A program made the position numbers and the translations under genes. 60,246 bases of DNA from positions 1,260,036 through 1,320,281 of the forward strand of contig NW_008246068.1 in the NCBI RefSeq assembly GCF_000281045.1. Reading direction: 5' to 3'. This document shows positions 22,979 through 34,500 of the stretch, one piece after another. Under the pieces are notes generated by a model. The model had not been told where the DNA came from. It did not search any database and saw only the letters and a program-made list of their open reading frames with translations. The stretch comes from Saprolegnia diclina VS20. Lineage: Eukaryota. The first letter of the stretch is position 1; every line of letters begins with the position of its first letter.

Positions 22979-25963
22979 TTAAGGAGAGAGGTGGGCGAGC
23001 GCGCTTTGCTGCAAGAGCGTGAGCAAATGCCGCATTTCGGTCGTCGAGAATGCCTTGTAGACGCTATAGTGCTCGTCCGCGACGACGTCGGCCAGCTGCA
23101 GCGCATCCCGCGCCAACGGGCGCGTCATCGTGGGAATCGCCGCCGCCGGGTAAAACTGCAGCCGCTCGATCGCTGCGAGCGTCTCCATTTGGACGCGGTG
23201 CGCGGAAAACACGAGCGACGGGAGGCAGCGCGCGCGAAGAGCGTCGGCGTTATCGATCGCAGAGTGCAGGAGCCAGCCGTGTTCAAAGTGGAGCACGTCG
23301 GTGAGCGCGGCAAGAGCGACCGACGCCCGAAACAACAACGTCTTGACCTCGGCCTCTTCCTCCGAGAAGCAGTGCACGGCGCACCGGGCGCCAACCAGCG
23401 ACCGCCACGCATCATAGGCCTCAGTGGCCTCGACATACGCCTTCCACGCCAAGTGCTCGCGAACGGTGCGGCGCAACTCGTCGGCGCGGTCGCCAAAATC
23501 AACCTGATCGAGAAGCGCGAGCGTGTCGACAGGCAAGGCTGCAAGCAATGGCTTCAAGCTCGAGTGCTTGTCCTCGAGCACAAAGCGCCGAGCGAGCAGG
23601 TTGGCTTGGACCACGGCTTCGGCGCGGTGGCTCTCGTCGTAGCAGAGGATCTCGAGCGCGCCGATGCGCATGGCGTCCGAGGCGTTTGGCATCGTCATCC
23701 TCGCCTCGGCGGCGGTCTTGGCCACGTGCGCAAAGAGCGGTGGCGGGCAAAACGGCGCGATCGACGCGAGGCATGCATGCGACGGGACCATCGTGACGCA
23801 CTGCGCGTAGACAGCGCCGCGCGCGTCTTCCGGAAGCGACGACGCGTAGAGCGCGACGAGCTTGAAGTGCTTGTGCTGCACGAGGTGCCGCAGGTACGCC
23901 TTCAGCACCTTGTGGCCGGCGTTGACGTCAAACACTTCGCCGGTCGTCTGCAGAAAGAGGACAAAGTGCGCGCCAAACCGCAGCAATTGCGGTGACGCGC
24001 GGTGCGTCGACGGCACATTGAGCCCAAGGTCCCACGAGAACGGCTCGGCATCCGTGTCGACCAGGCCGGCGAGGATGTCGCGGACGATGACGTCGACGCG
24101 CGACGCGACGAGCTTGGCCTGGATGCGGCGGTGCGGGTGCATCGCCTGCTCGCGCACGACCGCATTCGCGCTGCCCGAGACATCGGCAAAGAGCGCGTCC
24201 ATGCTCGAGATATACCGCCCGCCGATCGCCTTGGTCGACGTCAGAAATGAACGGTAGAGACGCATGTGGTCCGTGTTGAGCTCGAGCGCCAGCGACGTCG
24301 ACTGCGCCTTGAGCTCCAAAAGGTGCGAGATGGCGTCGTCTTCAATGTGGCCGACCGCCGCTTTTGTGAGCGCCCACACGTGGTCTTCCCAGCACGCGCA
24401 GGTCGGCGATGACAGCAGGACGTTGGCGTTGCCAGACAAAGCAGCGTACACGATACGCTCGAGCTCCCGCGCCTGCAGGCTCGTCGTCTTGGCCATAGAC
24501 GCCGTGGCATTGGCGTCGGACAGCTGCCAGCACATTTGTTTCCAGAGCATGCGGTACGGGTTGCCCCAGCGCGTGACGCCGTCGTCGCCTTCGCACGCGC
24601 CGTTGACTTCACCGCCTGCGAGGCTGGCCGCGCGCCACGGCTGGCCGAGCTGAATGCAGAGGTCCGCGGCCTCGCGCGGCTTGCCGGCGCGGAGGAGGCG
24701 CCACACACTCGTGAGCAAGTCGAGTTCGTCTTCGGCGTCGTCGTCGTCGACGTAGCTGTCGCCTTCGCGCAACGGGCCGTCGGGGTCCATGGCACAGACG
24801 ACGCTCGAGCGGCGCTGGCGCTGGAGCTGCTTGAGCGTGCGCGCATGCATGTGGCGCTTCTCGGTCGTCGCCTCCACGTTCTCGGCGGCGACCGCTTCAA
24901 GCCACTTGAGGACAGTCTTTTGAAGCGCGTAGAGCTTGTTGCGGTTCTCGAGCGCCGCGATCGCGTCGAGCTCGGTCGACGACGCCGTCAATGGCAGCTG
25001 CGACGAGGTCTGCAGGACGCAGAGGTCGTCGTTCTTTAGGATGCTGAGCTCGCGAAGCTCGTAGAGCAACCGCCACGTGTTGCGCTCGTTCTTGAGTTCG
25101 TTGAGGAGCACGCTCGGGTCCGGCTGTTTATTTTGAAAGGAAAAGCCGTGCTGCAGCGAGAAGGGCGCCGGCGTCGAGGAGGACGAGGATGGGACGCCGG
25201 CCTTGACGCGGGCTTCGATCTCGTTTTGGAGAATCTCGACGTACTGCGAGAGCACTTGCTGGCAGAGCTGGTTCGGGTCCTCGACCATCTCGAGCTTGGT
25301 GTACAGCTGGTCGAGCGCGGTCGCAAACGCCTCTTCTTCCGGACGCACCGAATGCTCCATCCATGTCGCTCGGTGCATCGTCGGGTTGCTGTACGTGTTA
25401 TCGTTGTCGTTGCTCTGCGTCGTGTACGCATTCGAGATGGACGAGATCGTTGCATGGTCGTGCGAGCGCATGTTTGCCTTGGGCGACCGCGACGACGACG
25501 CGAGCTGCAAGTGGAGCGTTCCTTCGAGCGCAAGGCCGCAGTCCAAGAGCACCCAGTCGCTCGGCACCTCCTGGCCTTGAAAGAGACCTACAAAGCGCGG
25601 CGCGTCCGACGGCTTGGGCGTGCTCTGGCGCTTGGCCCATGCCAGGTAGAGCACATGGCCGATGGTCGTCGTCGCCGCGTCCACGTCCACATATTCGACC
25701 GATCGATCCGGGAACTGGACTTTGACGTGCGCCATGCCCTTCTTGACCGACTTTTCGACCGACGCCGCCTCGAGCTCGTCCAGGAGGGCGGCGGCCTTGG
25801 CCGCGCGGCTCGCTTCGGGCCGCGTCGCTACAGGCTCATACGACGTCATGTCCACGTCCTCGACGGTCGAGGCCTCATGGCGCTCCTCTTCTTCCTGCAG
25901 CTGCGCGAGGAAGGCCAGCGACGACTCGGCCGCGAGGATGAGGTCGCTCGTCCGCTGCGCCAT
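22979..25963 (-). CDS. NUP107: Nucleoporin Nup107/Nup84 with an extra N-terminal ubiquitin-like domain
   Basis: ERNTWRLL; VLKWLE; MDPDGPLRE; LLRAGKPREAADLCIQLGQPWRAASLAGG; GNPYRMLWK; ERIVYAALSGN; CWEDHVWA; LLRFGAHFVL. Confidence 0.9.
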   Translation of the reverse strand: MAQRTSDLILAAESSLAFLAQLQEEEERHEASTVEDVDMTSYEPVATRPEASRAAKAAALLDELEAASVEKSVKKGMAHVKVQFPDRSVEYVDVDAATTTIGHVLYLAWAKRQSTPKPSDAPRFVGLFQGQEVPSDWVLLDCGLALEGTLHLQLASSSRSPKANMRSHDHATISSISNAYTTQSNDNDNTYSNPTMHRATWMEHSVRPEEEAFATALDQLYTKLEMVEDPNQLCQQVLSQYVEILQNEIEARVKAGVPSSSSSTPAPFSLQHGFSFQNKQPDPSVLLNELKNERNTWRLLYELRELSILKNDDLCVLQTSSQLPLTASSTELDAIAALENRNKLYALQKTVLKWLEAVAAENVEATTEKRHMHARTLKQLQRQRRSSVVCAMDPDGPLREGDSYVDDDDAEDELDLLTSVWRLLRAGKPREAADLCIQLGQPWRAASLAGGEVNGACEGDDGVTRWGNPYRMLWKQMCWQLSDANATASMAKTTSLQARELERIVYAALSGNANVLLSSPTCACWEDHVWALTKAAVGHIEDDAISHLLELKAQSTSLALELNTDHMRLYRSFLTSTKAIGGRYISSMDALFADVSGSANAVVREQAMHPHRRIQAKLVASRVDVIVRDILAGLVDTDAEPFSWDLGLNVPSTHRASPQLLRFGAHFVLFLQTTGEVFDVNAGHKVLKAYLRHLVQHKHFKLVALYASSLPEDARGAVYAQCVTMVPSHACLASIAPFCPPPLFAHVAKTAAEARMTMPNASDAMRIGALEILCYDESHRAEAVVQANLLARRFVLEDKHSSLKPLLAALPVDTLALLDQVDFGDRADELRRTVREHLAWKAYVEATEAYDAWRSLVGARCAVHCFSEEEAEVKTLLFRASVALAALTDVLHFEHGWLLHSAIDNADALRARCLPSLVFSAHRVQMETLAAIERLQFYPAAAIPTMTRPLARDALQLADVVADEHYSVYKAFSTTEMRHLLTLLQQSALAHLSP

Positions 25964-26443
25964 TGCGTTTTCAGTGGCGTGGAGCAAATTCAGCCTCGCC
26001 AATTTTATTAAATTATCCGGATAAGAGTACGGATACCCTCGACGATATCCGGAAAATTGCATGTTGAACCGGAGATGATGAGGTTGAAGCAGGCGTGTCC
26101 AAGCAAGGACCCTTCAAGGACTCGCGCGTCGCGCCGTCGCACGTGCTTTATAGTGTCACGACGGCGAGCTCGCACGGCCGCAACGCTCTTCGCAGCCTAC
26201 TGACGCGCAGATGCATCGCCGACGTGGACGACTAGCGACGACAGAGCTTAGTTCTTGCTACTACTTGGTGGAGCTCAAACTCAAGGGTGTTATTCTATCC
26301 CTTGCTCAAACTCGACGCAGTTTTGCATCCAATATATTGCAATCAAGCTCTATCGCTCCCGAGAGTCGTTGGATCCATGAAAGAAGCCTCCCGCGCTGGC
26401 TGGCTACAAGCTCACCTACACGACGCCGCAGTTGATACGAGGT

Positions 26444-26767
26444 GTTGCGAGGTCTCCGTAGTCAGCCAAACCTTGACGTGAATGCAGCGAGGCCACCAAA
26501 ACGGTGTAGGGCGCAAGAATTATATTTGCAGCAGTACGCTCGCACGAGAGACTAGTTACGCTTTTGTAATACGATCTTCCACACGGCGGTTAAGACCCGA
26601 CGTATCGACTTGGTGCTAGCCAAACTGGTCGGGCTCTCCAAGCTGCTCTGGAAGGTCCATCTATCGTATAAAATGCATCTGCGAACCAGGTGCTGACCAA
26701 CTAGGCAAAACGACTCACACAAGTCGTTTTGCAAATGCCCTTTTGGTGCCAAAATAATGATGGTCAT
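26444..26767 (+). repeat. ~324-bp dispersed repeat, copy A (inverted relative to copy B)
   Basis: Its reverse complement matches 40942-41265, including the identical run AGATGGACCTTCCAGAGCAGCTTGGAGAGCCCGACCAGTTTGGCT. Confidence 0.92.
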
Positions 26768-27008
26768 TAGTTTGCCCGGCTGGCGTGGACGTGCAGTGGA
26801 GAACTCTTGTGAGTACGAGCGATGATCTCCCTGCTCTACCGATGCCTTAGGGCATGCACGGTCAGCCAAGGACTCCTTGCCGTCGACGGACTCTGGCTTT
26901 TATAGTATTCGACCAACAATAATGTCTTATGTCGATGCAACCATCTGGACTAGTGCGAAATTCATCAAAATGACTGGGAGGACATTCGTGGCTGCATCAG
27001 TAGGACTA

Positions 27009-28424
27009 CTACTCTGGGATCGAGTAGAGGAGCTTTCCGGCGGCGCTGCACGCCAAATGCTGTACCTTTCGAATGTCGATGGTCGAGACATACGACGGCA
27101 GCAGCGAACGGCAGACGATCGCTACTTCGTGCTCGGGCAGCGACGTCACGACGAGGAGCACGACCTTCTCGGGCAAAGCTTCAACAACGGGCATAAGAGC
27201 ATCCGAGATCGTCGGGTGTTGCAAGACCGCGTCTTCGAGTTCGTGCCGGGGTACAAAGAGCGTAAACGTGCCGGTGCGGAAGCGCACGGGCGCCCGCAGA
27301 CGGTCGCCGACAAACACGTGGCCGTCGACCACGGCGCCGCCGTCCGACGTTCGGTAAAACCCATCCGCGCTAATGCGGACGAGCGCTTGCTGCTCGACGT
27401 AGCCCGCACACTGCCACGGTGTCTGGACAACCAGCTCACCGTCTTCGCCGTCGCGACACACCATGCCGACGCTTGGCTTTTGCACGCGCACGACAGCGCC
27501 GGGCCAGAGCGCACCGGCGTTCGCAAGACGGTCGTGCGTTGGCGGTGCGACACCGGGCCGAATCCCACCGGCGGCAATACCTCCGGTTTCGGTCGACCCA
27601 TAGTTCTGTACGAGGGCGAGGCCAAAATCGCGGCGCAGCGCTGTGTGCATCTCGGTCGGCAGGGTCACACCGGCGCTGTAGGCCAAGTCGGCAAACAACG
27701 GTACCGGTTGCACAAGCTGCAATAGCGGTGCGTAGGTACCTGGCGTTCCAAAGACAATGGTCACGGCATGTGGCGCCGGCGTCGACAAGACGGGCACAAG
27801 GGCGTCCATGCCGCTGCTCATGACAAGCGTCGACATGTCGCCATGCGGCGACGTCATGATGGCGAAGAGCGCATTGATCGCATACGCGTGGGCTATCGAC
27901 GAAGCGAGCACAAAGCGGCAGGGACGACGTGGGAACATGGCGGCCTGCGTCGCGTCGCCCTGCGCGTACATGCTTGGCCACGAGCACGCGACAACTTTGG
28001 AAGTGCCCGTGCTGCCCGACGTAAGCATGCACACACCGCCGTCACGTCCGAACGCCGCAAGCGGCCAGGCTGGAACGGACGTCGGTGGTGTCGTCGTCAG
28101 CGCCACGGTACTTGCCGTCGCGTCGACGATTGACGCGGCGCCGGTTTGCGCAATCGCATACTCGAGCAAGTGCAGGCGCGACGCCGGTAAGAGGACCACG
28201 ACGTGCTTGCTCTGGGCGGCGGCTACGATGGCGGCGGCGCTCGCGAGGTCGTTGCGAACCACGAGCACATACACGGACGGCGTGGCACCGACGAGCGTCT
28301 CGAGGAGCGCTACTCCCGTACGCAGCAGCGCCGAGCGCGCATTGCTTACGATGACCGGGGAATCGGTGCTTGGTGACGCAGCCGCCTCGAGCAGCGCCAG
28401 CCGGCCGGCGCGTCGGACGATCAT
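27009..28424 (-). CDS. AMP-dependent synthetase/ligase (ANL superfamily adenylating enzyme), intronless, ~470 aa
   Basis: A3 MLTSGSTGTSK; IAHAYA; A5 QNYGSTETGG; A7 FYRTSDGG; ELEDAVLQHP; A10-like CSAAGKL. Confidence 0.88.
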   Translation of the reverse strand: MIVRRAGRLALLEAAASPSTDSPVIVSNARSALLRTGVALLETLVGATPSVYVLVVRNDLASAAAIVAAAQSKHVVVLLPASRLHLLEYAIAQTGAASIVDATASTVALTTTPPTSVPAWPLAAFGRDGGVCMLTSGSTGTSKVVACSWPSMYAQGDATQAAMFPRRPCRFVLASSIAHAYAINALFAIMTSPHGDMSTLVMSSGMDALVPVLSTPAPHAVTIVFGTPGTYAPLLQLVQPVPLFADLAYSAGVTLPTEMHTALRRDFGLALVQNYGSTETGGIAAGGIRPGVAPPTHDRLANAGALWPGAVVRVQKPSVGMVCRDGEDGELVVQTPWQCAGYVEQQALVRISADGFYRTSDGGAVVDGHVFVGDRLRAPVRFRTGTFTLFVPRHELEDAVLQHPTISDALMPVVEALPEKVVLLVVTSLPEHEVAIVCRSLLPSYVSTIDIRKVQHLACSAAGKLLYSIPE

Positions 28425-28517
28425 GGACGTTCGGATCACTTTTGATTGGTCGCCACTTTGCACTTGCACATGATTGGTCGCTTTTGGAGGGACAATGCAG
28501 TTGGATCTTGCGCGACC

Positions 28518-31500
28518 ATGGATCGTCGCGGCAGCACCCCGCGGCAGCGGCCACAGACGAGCCGGCTCAGTACCAAGAAGGAAGCCTATCGACTGCCCGA
28601 AACGACTGCGTCGTCGTCCGCGCCCGTAGCACCGCTCGTCAAGCTCCGGTTGCCGACGCTTCTCGGTGGTCCCGCAACGACGACCGAGGAGGACTGTGGT
28701 GCTACCTCGCCGCGCGTCGCAAAGCGGCCTGTGCGGTAACTCGGCTGACTGCGTTGCCAAGTTAGAGGTTCAAGAATGATTTGCGTAGCGCGAAATCCGC
28801 GACCATGACCCGACGTCCGCCGAGCTCGGGGCGGGTCGGTCCGCGGCCGCCGGTGCATGCCCACCGCTTGCTCGCCGCTTCGCCTCGCGCCGCCAATGCA
28901 CAAGACGACTACTGCTCGAATCAAGATACCTCCCACACTATGGCGACTGTCAGCAAACCGCCCGAGACCGAGCAACCTCCACCAACATTGGACGCATTCT
29001 TCAAAGCTCACTGCTTCCGCGACCGAGAAGCCTTCCGCCACATCACGGACGCCCATGGCCCACTCCTCGCCAAGTCTCTTTACTATGACTCGACAACACC
29101 TTGTGATACTGCAGTTGATGAGGCTGCAACCTCCTGGAAAGACTGTTACGTGCTCGCATACACCCCCGAGGTATCGTCGTGCTCCCCGAATGCACGAGCC
29201 ATATTGTCTGCGCTGCTGTAGACTGGACGCTTTCGCATCCGCTTCCTAGCGTCTGGCTTGGAGAAGCGCGTGCACCGCGTCAATTTGATGCTTCCATCCG
29301 GTACCAACAACCCACACATGTCCTTCATCCTCATCGACTATCGGTAGACAACCCCCTGGCCTTTCTCCAGCAGCGGGCTATCTTTTTCCAGGAAAATGCC
29401 TTGATCCGGGACGTGTGCCGCGTCGCGTCGTCGCTCCACGACACACCTCTCGACGGCGTCCATGTCCTGGCGCAGCACTGGAAGGAGCGCATTGTCCAGC
29501 GTGCGATCGGCGCGTTGCCCCGCACCAAAGCACTGCTCTCGACGCATGGCCGTCTCTTATCGGATGCGCTCACCAGTGCCAGTGACGACTATGCCGTCGC
29601 CATGCAGAAAACGTCGCGCTTCTTCCATCACCAGCAAGCACTCTATCCCGTCGCCGCGGCCTACGCGGCGCATGAAGCGACGGTCCGGACGCCGACGCCC
29701 GTGGTCATCCCCGAGCGCAGCGCGCCATTTTCGGTCCTGCGGCAGCAGCTGGAACAGACCTACTTGTTCGCACAGGCGTGGACGCTGCCACTGCTGAAGC
29801 AAGTGCTCACCATGTCCGCCGCGATCTTGCACCACGTGTCGTTCTTTTATGACATTCCAAGCGACTATGACGTGATCGCGTCACGCCCGCAGCCGCCGTT
29901 TTTGCTGCCCGACTACCTCTGTCTGCAGCACAGCACGATGGCCATTGCGCAAGAGACACTGCGAGTCGACTGGCGCAAGGAAATGATCCAGCTCATTCAG
30001 TGCTCGGTTGAGATTGCACCAATCAAAGACCTCTCAGTCGTGCGCCGGTTTGTCAAGTACGTTGACTGTCTCCTCAGTCGCGACCTGACCGACCTCGTAT
30101 GACAACATTTCTTTCAAGTACTTGTAAAGTGTTGATGGACAAAATGCTAGATGGCGGCGTCGTCGTCGGGGTTTTGGCGCCTTCTTCTAGAGCCCCGCTG
30201 CACGCAGATTACGCGCCAAGCGTCCGAGATCCCCATGTCGACGATTCGGAAGCGCCACGTACCTCTGTACTACCGGCCACGGCTCAAGCCGCCGATCCTC
30301 GCACTTACCCTCATTTTGCACGCGGTACCGGGTTCATCGCGAGCCGTGACGCTGCAGCCGTCACTGGACGAGGTCGAAGCCGCGATCGTCGAGCTCATTG
30401 GTACGACGACGACATCTTTCTTGCAGCAAGTGCGTATCGAGAGCGCGCTCATACCCGACGTCGCGCCATTGCCGCTGCTCCACGCGGTGCGCTACCGCAT
30501 TTTCCATTCGAGAGTCAACCTGTAGAGCGAGTAGGGACGGGCGACCGAGGTGCAGCGTGCGATGGCCGAGACCACGAGCATCATGCGGCGCCTCTTTGTC
30601 GAGCCCTTGGCGCTCGTGCAGCGATATCAAGCCTTTGTGTTGGACTTGGACTCGCGCATTTGTCGTTTGCAGTCGCAGCTTGGCGCTGACCAGAGTGTCT
30701 TCTTGCACGACGACATTTTTCATGCCATACTAGACCAGCTGGCTTGGTTCACAACGACGCTGGCGACGGTGCGTCGTGCAGTTGTATCCGGATTTTCTCT
30801 CAAAATGTGACTAGGTCTCTGTCTCGTCGTTTGACGGCGAAGCGTTTGGGCTCCTCCAAGTCGACTCGCGGCATCTCAAACAAGTATTCCGTGGCGAGAT
30901 CGTGTCTTTTGCTTTAACAATCGGGTTAGGTGTTGTACGACCAAGTCCATCATGTGGTCCAGACGACGCTGCATGCGCTGGCGGCCAACTGCCACATCCG
31001 CGAAGGCAGCATTACGTCGGCGTTCGAGGTGGATTTGACCAAACTCACGACGGTCCCCAAGACCGAAGTCGACGTCGAAGCGCAGTGCAACTACATCCAC
31101 GACCTCCTTGGCTCTGTGCACGAACGCCGGCTCGCTGTGCACACGATCGACGGCCGGCTCGATGCGATCGCGGGCCTCGGTGTCCGCGTGCACATAGCGT
31201 TGCACAAGGCGATCTGGGCGCGGCACTGGACGCTCCAGCAGTGGCCGCAGCGGCTCCATGTGGCCGCGTTGCGTGCGAGCGAAATCTGCGACTGGAAAAA
31301 GCTCCAGCTCACGGAGGGGCTCTCCAAAGAGAAGCGCCGGTTCGAATCCGACATTGCCGAATTACGCAACGACATCGCAAGCTTTCTCGAGTCGGCGGTC
31401 TGGGCACGCGAGAAGCTCGATGCGGTCGCTGACCGCGCCCACACGCTTCTCGAGCGCGCGGAAACCGCGGTCGCCCAAGTGCACGCCTTCATTGCGCGCG

Positions 31501-34500
31501 AAAAGACATTTGGCAGTCCGCTCTCCAAAGACGTGGAAGTGACGTCGCTTCTGATGCGCATCTCGCCGTACGCTCGGTTTTGGTCCATGGCCGCCGAGCT
31601 CGTCACGTCGACGCACGTCTGGAGCAAGACCCCGTTCAGTGTCCTGAACGGCGCCGACGTTGTCGCCAAGGTGGACGCGTGGCGGGCGCAAATGGCGGGC
31701 GCTCGCTTTGAGTTTCAAGCCAATCCGCGCATCATGGCGTCCCTTGACGGGCTCGCCACCGAGCTTGATGCCTTCAGCGTCGGTGTCCCCGTGGTCGCAA
31801 TGGTCGCGTCGGGCAGCATGAAGCCGCGCCACTGGGTGCAGATCGTGTCGCTTCTCCCTCGGCACCACGCGGTGACCGGCGTCGCCCAGGAAAAGCTCCT
31901 CTTCACGCTCGAAGACCTCGTCGACGATGGTATTCTGTCGGTGCTTTCGGCCACCGAGAGTGTGCACAACACAGCGATCGCAGAGTTTCGCCTCGAGACG
32001 ACCTTTCTGGGCCTGCGCCGGTCATGGGCCCGGCCCCTCTTTGCCCTCGACCGGTATGCACTCAAGGACACGTTTGTGATTACCAATTTCTCCGAGCTGC
32101 TCGCGGAAGTCGACGACCAGCGCCTCACGCTGCATGGGTTGGTGGCGTCGCCGCACGTGACGTCGTTGCTGCACGACGTACTCCAGTGGCAAGACAAACT
32201 CCACTTTGCATGCGAGCTCTTGACGCTCTGGCACGCCGTTCAGTGTCGGTGGCGCGCCGTCGAGGGCTTTTTCTATCGCGTGACCGACACGGACATTGGT
32301 CGGGATGTCGCTACGATGGAGAAGATCTGGCGCAGTCTCTCGAACATCGTGCGCGGCCAGCCCAGCGTCGCCCGCATTGTCGACTCGGACAACATCAAGG
32401 TACCCAAACGATACACGATCTTGGTGGTATGCACGATACGTAGGAACCTCTGGAGAAATGCTGGCGCATCCTCGAGCATGCCACCAAGGCGATTAGCGCA
32501 GTCTTGGAGCTGCAGCGCGAGGCATTTCCCAAGCTTTGGCTTCTTCCCGACGACACCCTCCGGGATCTTCTCGTAGCAAAAGATCTGGCATCGCTCGTAC
32601 CGTGTCTCCAAGGACTCTACGACGGTCTGTGCAATCTCGAATCGAACGAAAGTGGCAGCATGACGCGCTTGGGTCTCCATGGCGACGATGGTTTTTCATT
32701 CTCGGCTCCGATACCGTGGCAGTGGCCAGTCGCCGAAGGTTGGTTTGAGCATCTTGGTGCACAGCTCCACAGTCTCGACAAGGCGATCCACACTGCGGTT
32801 CATGACGCAATGACCGCCGCGTTTGCATCCGCTGACGCGCTCGTCTCTGTCGCGCCAGTGCTGACCACGGTCCCGCTGCAAGTTGCAGTGGCCACATTGC
32901 ACTTTGCGTGGACACAGTGCATGACGCGCGCCATTGACGCGGGTGGTGCCACGGACGACGTCCATCGCGCGCTCCAGACGTTGACCAAGGAGTTGCTCGC
33001 TTTGTTGCGGACGTGTCCGCTCAAGATGGCCGTGCTACTCACCGACGTCAGTGCGCTCACAGATGTCACAACCAAGCTCCATGGCGCCACCAACGACCAT
33101 TTTATTTGGCAAGCGTATCCCAAGCACCACCAAACCACGTCGGGCGAGTACGTGCTCGACGTGCTGCAGACGTCAGTGGCCTACCGCCACGACGTTGTGT
33201 GCCACCACCGCCCGCGGAGTGCCTATACGACCGAGAAGGCAGTGTTCGGGCTCTTTCTAGCGCTGCGACACGGCCGTGGACTACTGTTGCAAGGGGATGC
33301 CGCCACCGCTACGGCACGGGACCTTGCTTGTCTTGTCGGCACGACACTGGCGCTATATACGGCAACACCCGCGGCATCGTCGTGGCGTCACCTCGGGCGG
33401 CTGCTCCTTGGCGCTGCGAGCACGGGGAGCTGGCTCTATATCACGGATCTGCACGCGCTGGCGGCGCCAGTCGTCGCCAAGCTGGCGCACGCCGTGCTGC
33501 AACAGTCGGTGGCGCGCCGCGCTGTGGACGGACGGTCTGCAAACGTGCACCCGCACTTTGTGTTGCTCGCATCCGTCTCGGCCCCAATGTCGACGGCATC
33601 GACGCTCTCTGCGCTCTTTGTGCCGTGTGCTCTCATACCGCTCCCTGCGCCTATGGCGACGAAGCGCGCGTTGTTTGCCCACGGGTTTCAGTATGTATAT
33701 TCTCATTCGATGGAGAATAACGTCTTGCAAACTAGGCACTATGAAGCGCTGAGTGCGTGGATCGGCGTGTTTTTAGATGGACTACGGGTCGCCAAGGTGC
33801 TCGTGGCCGAGATCACGCTCGCGCCGTGGCGTCTGGCGCAAAGCGCTGCGTCGCATTGGTCAGAGATCTCGACGCTGGAAGCAGAGGGCGACGCCGTCTT
33901 TGCTGCCCTTGAGCGCATCGTGATGGCCCGCCTGTCCATGGCTGGTACGTTTCTTCGTAGCTCGTCGCTTCTTGGCATATATTGGTGCGCTTCTATAGAT
34001 GCTGTCGTGGCTCTGCAGCTGCTCCGACGGCTTGCACCAGTGCCGTCCTTGGCGCACAGTGACGCCGCCGTCGAGTACATGGCGAGCAAGATGACCCAGC
34101 TGCAGGAGACGACGTCAGCATTCCTCTGCTCGATCCTCTTTGGGGCGCCTGTTGTCGGCAAGTCGACGCTCTTGGCTGCTGCCGCCCACGGACAATACGA
34201 CATTGTTCGGCTGTTCCCCGCTGAGGCGTCGACCTCCCTTCTCGAACCGTTTTACGGCGCCGGCCTCCAGAGTTCCTGGCTCCACGACGTTGTGACCAAA
34301 GCAACTGTCACCGGAAGGCGCTGGATCATTCTCGACGGACCCTGCGACGCCCGCCTCCTCGACACCGTCATGGCGTTTCTCAACGACTATCAGCGCGTGT
34401 CGCTCGAGGCAAGTGCAGTGCATCGGCCGTGGCGCATTGTGCTGGAAACAGACGTCGTCGCCGGTCTTTCTCCGTCCACGGCGCCGTCGATCGGCCAAAT

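Noticed and set aside
26552..26869. ORFs inside the inverted repeats (also 41062-41247) as a transposase or small gene
   Set aside because: Reading frames are not conserved between the two copies (indels and stops), and there is no DDE or other motif.
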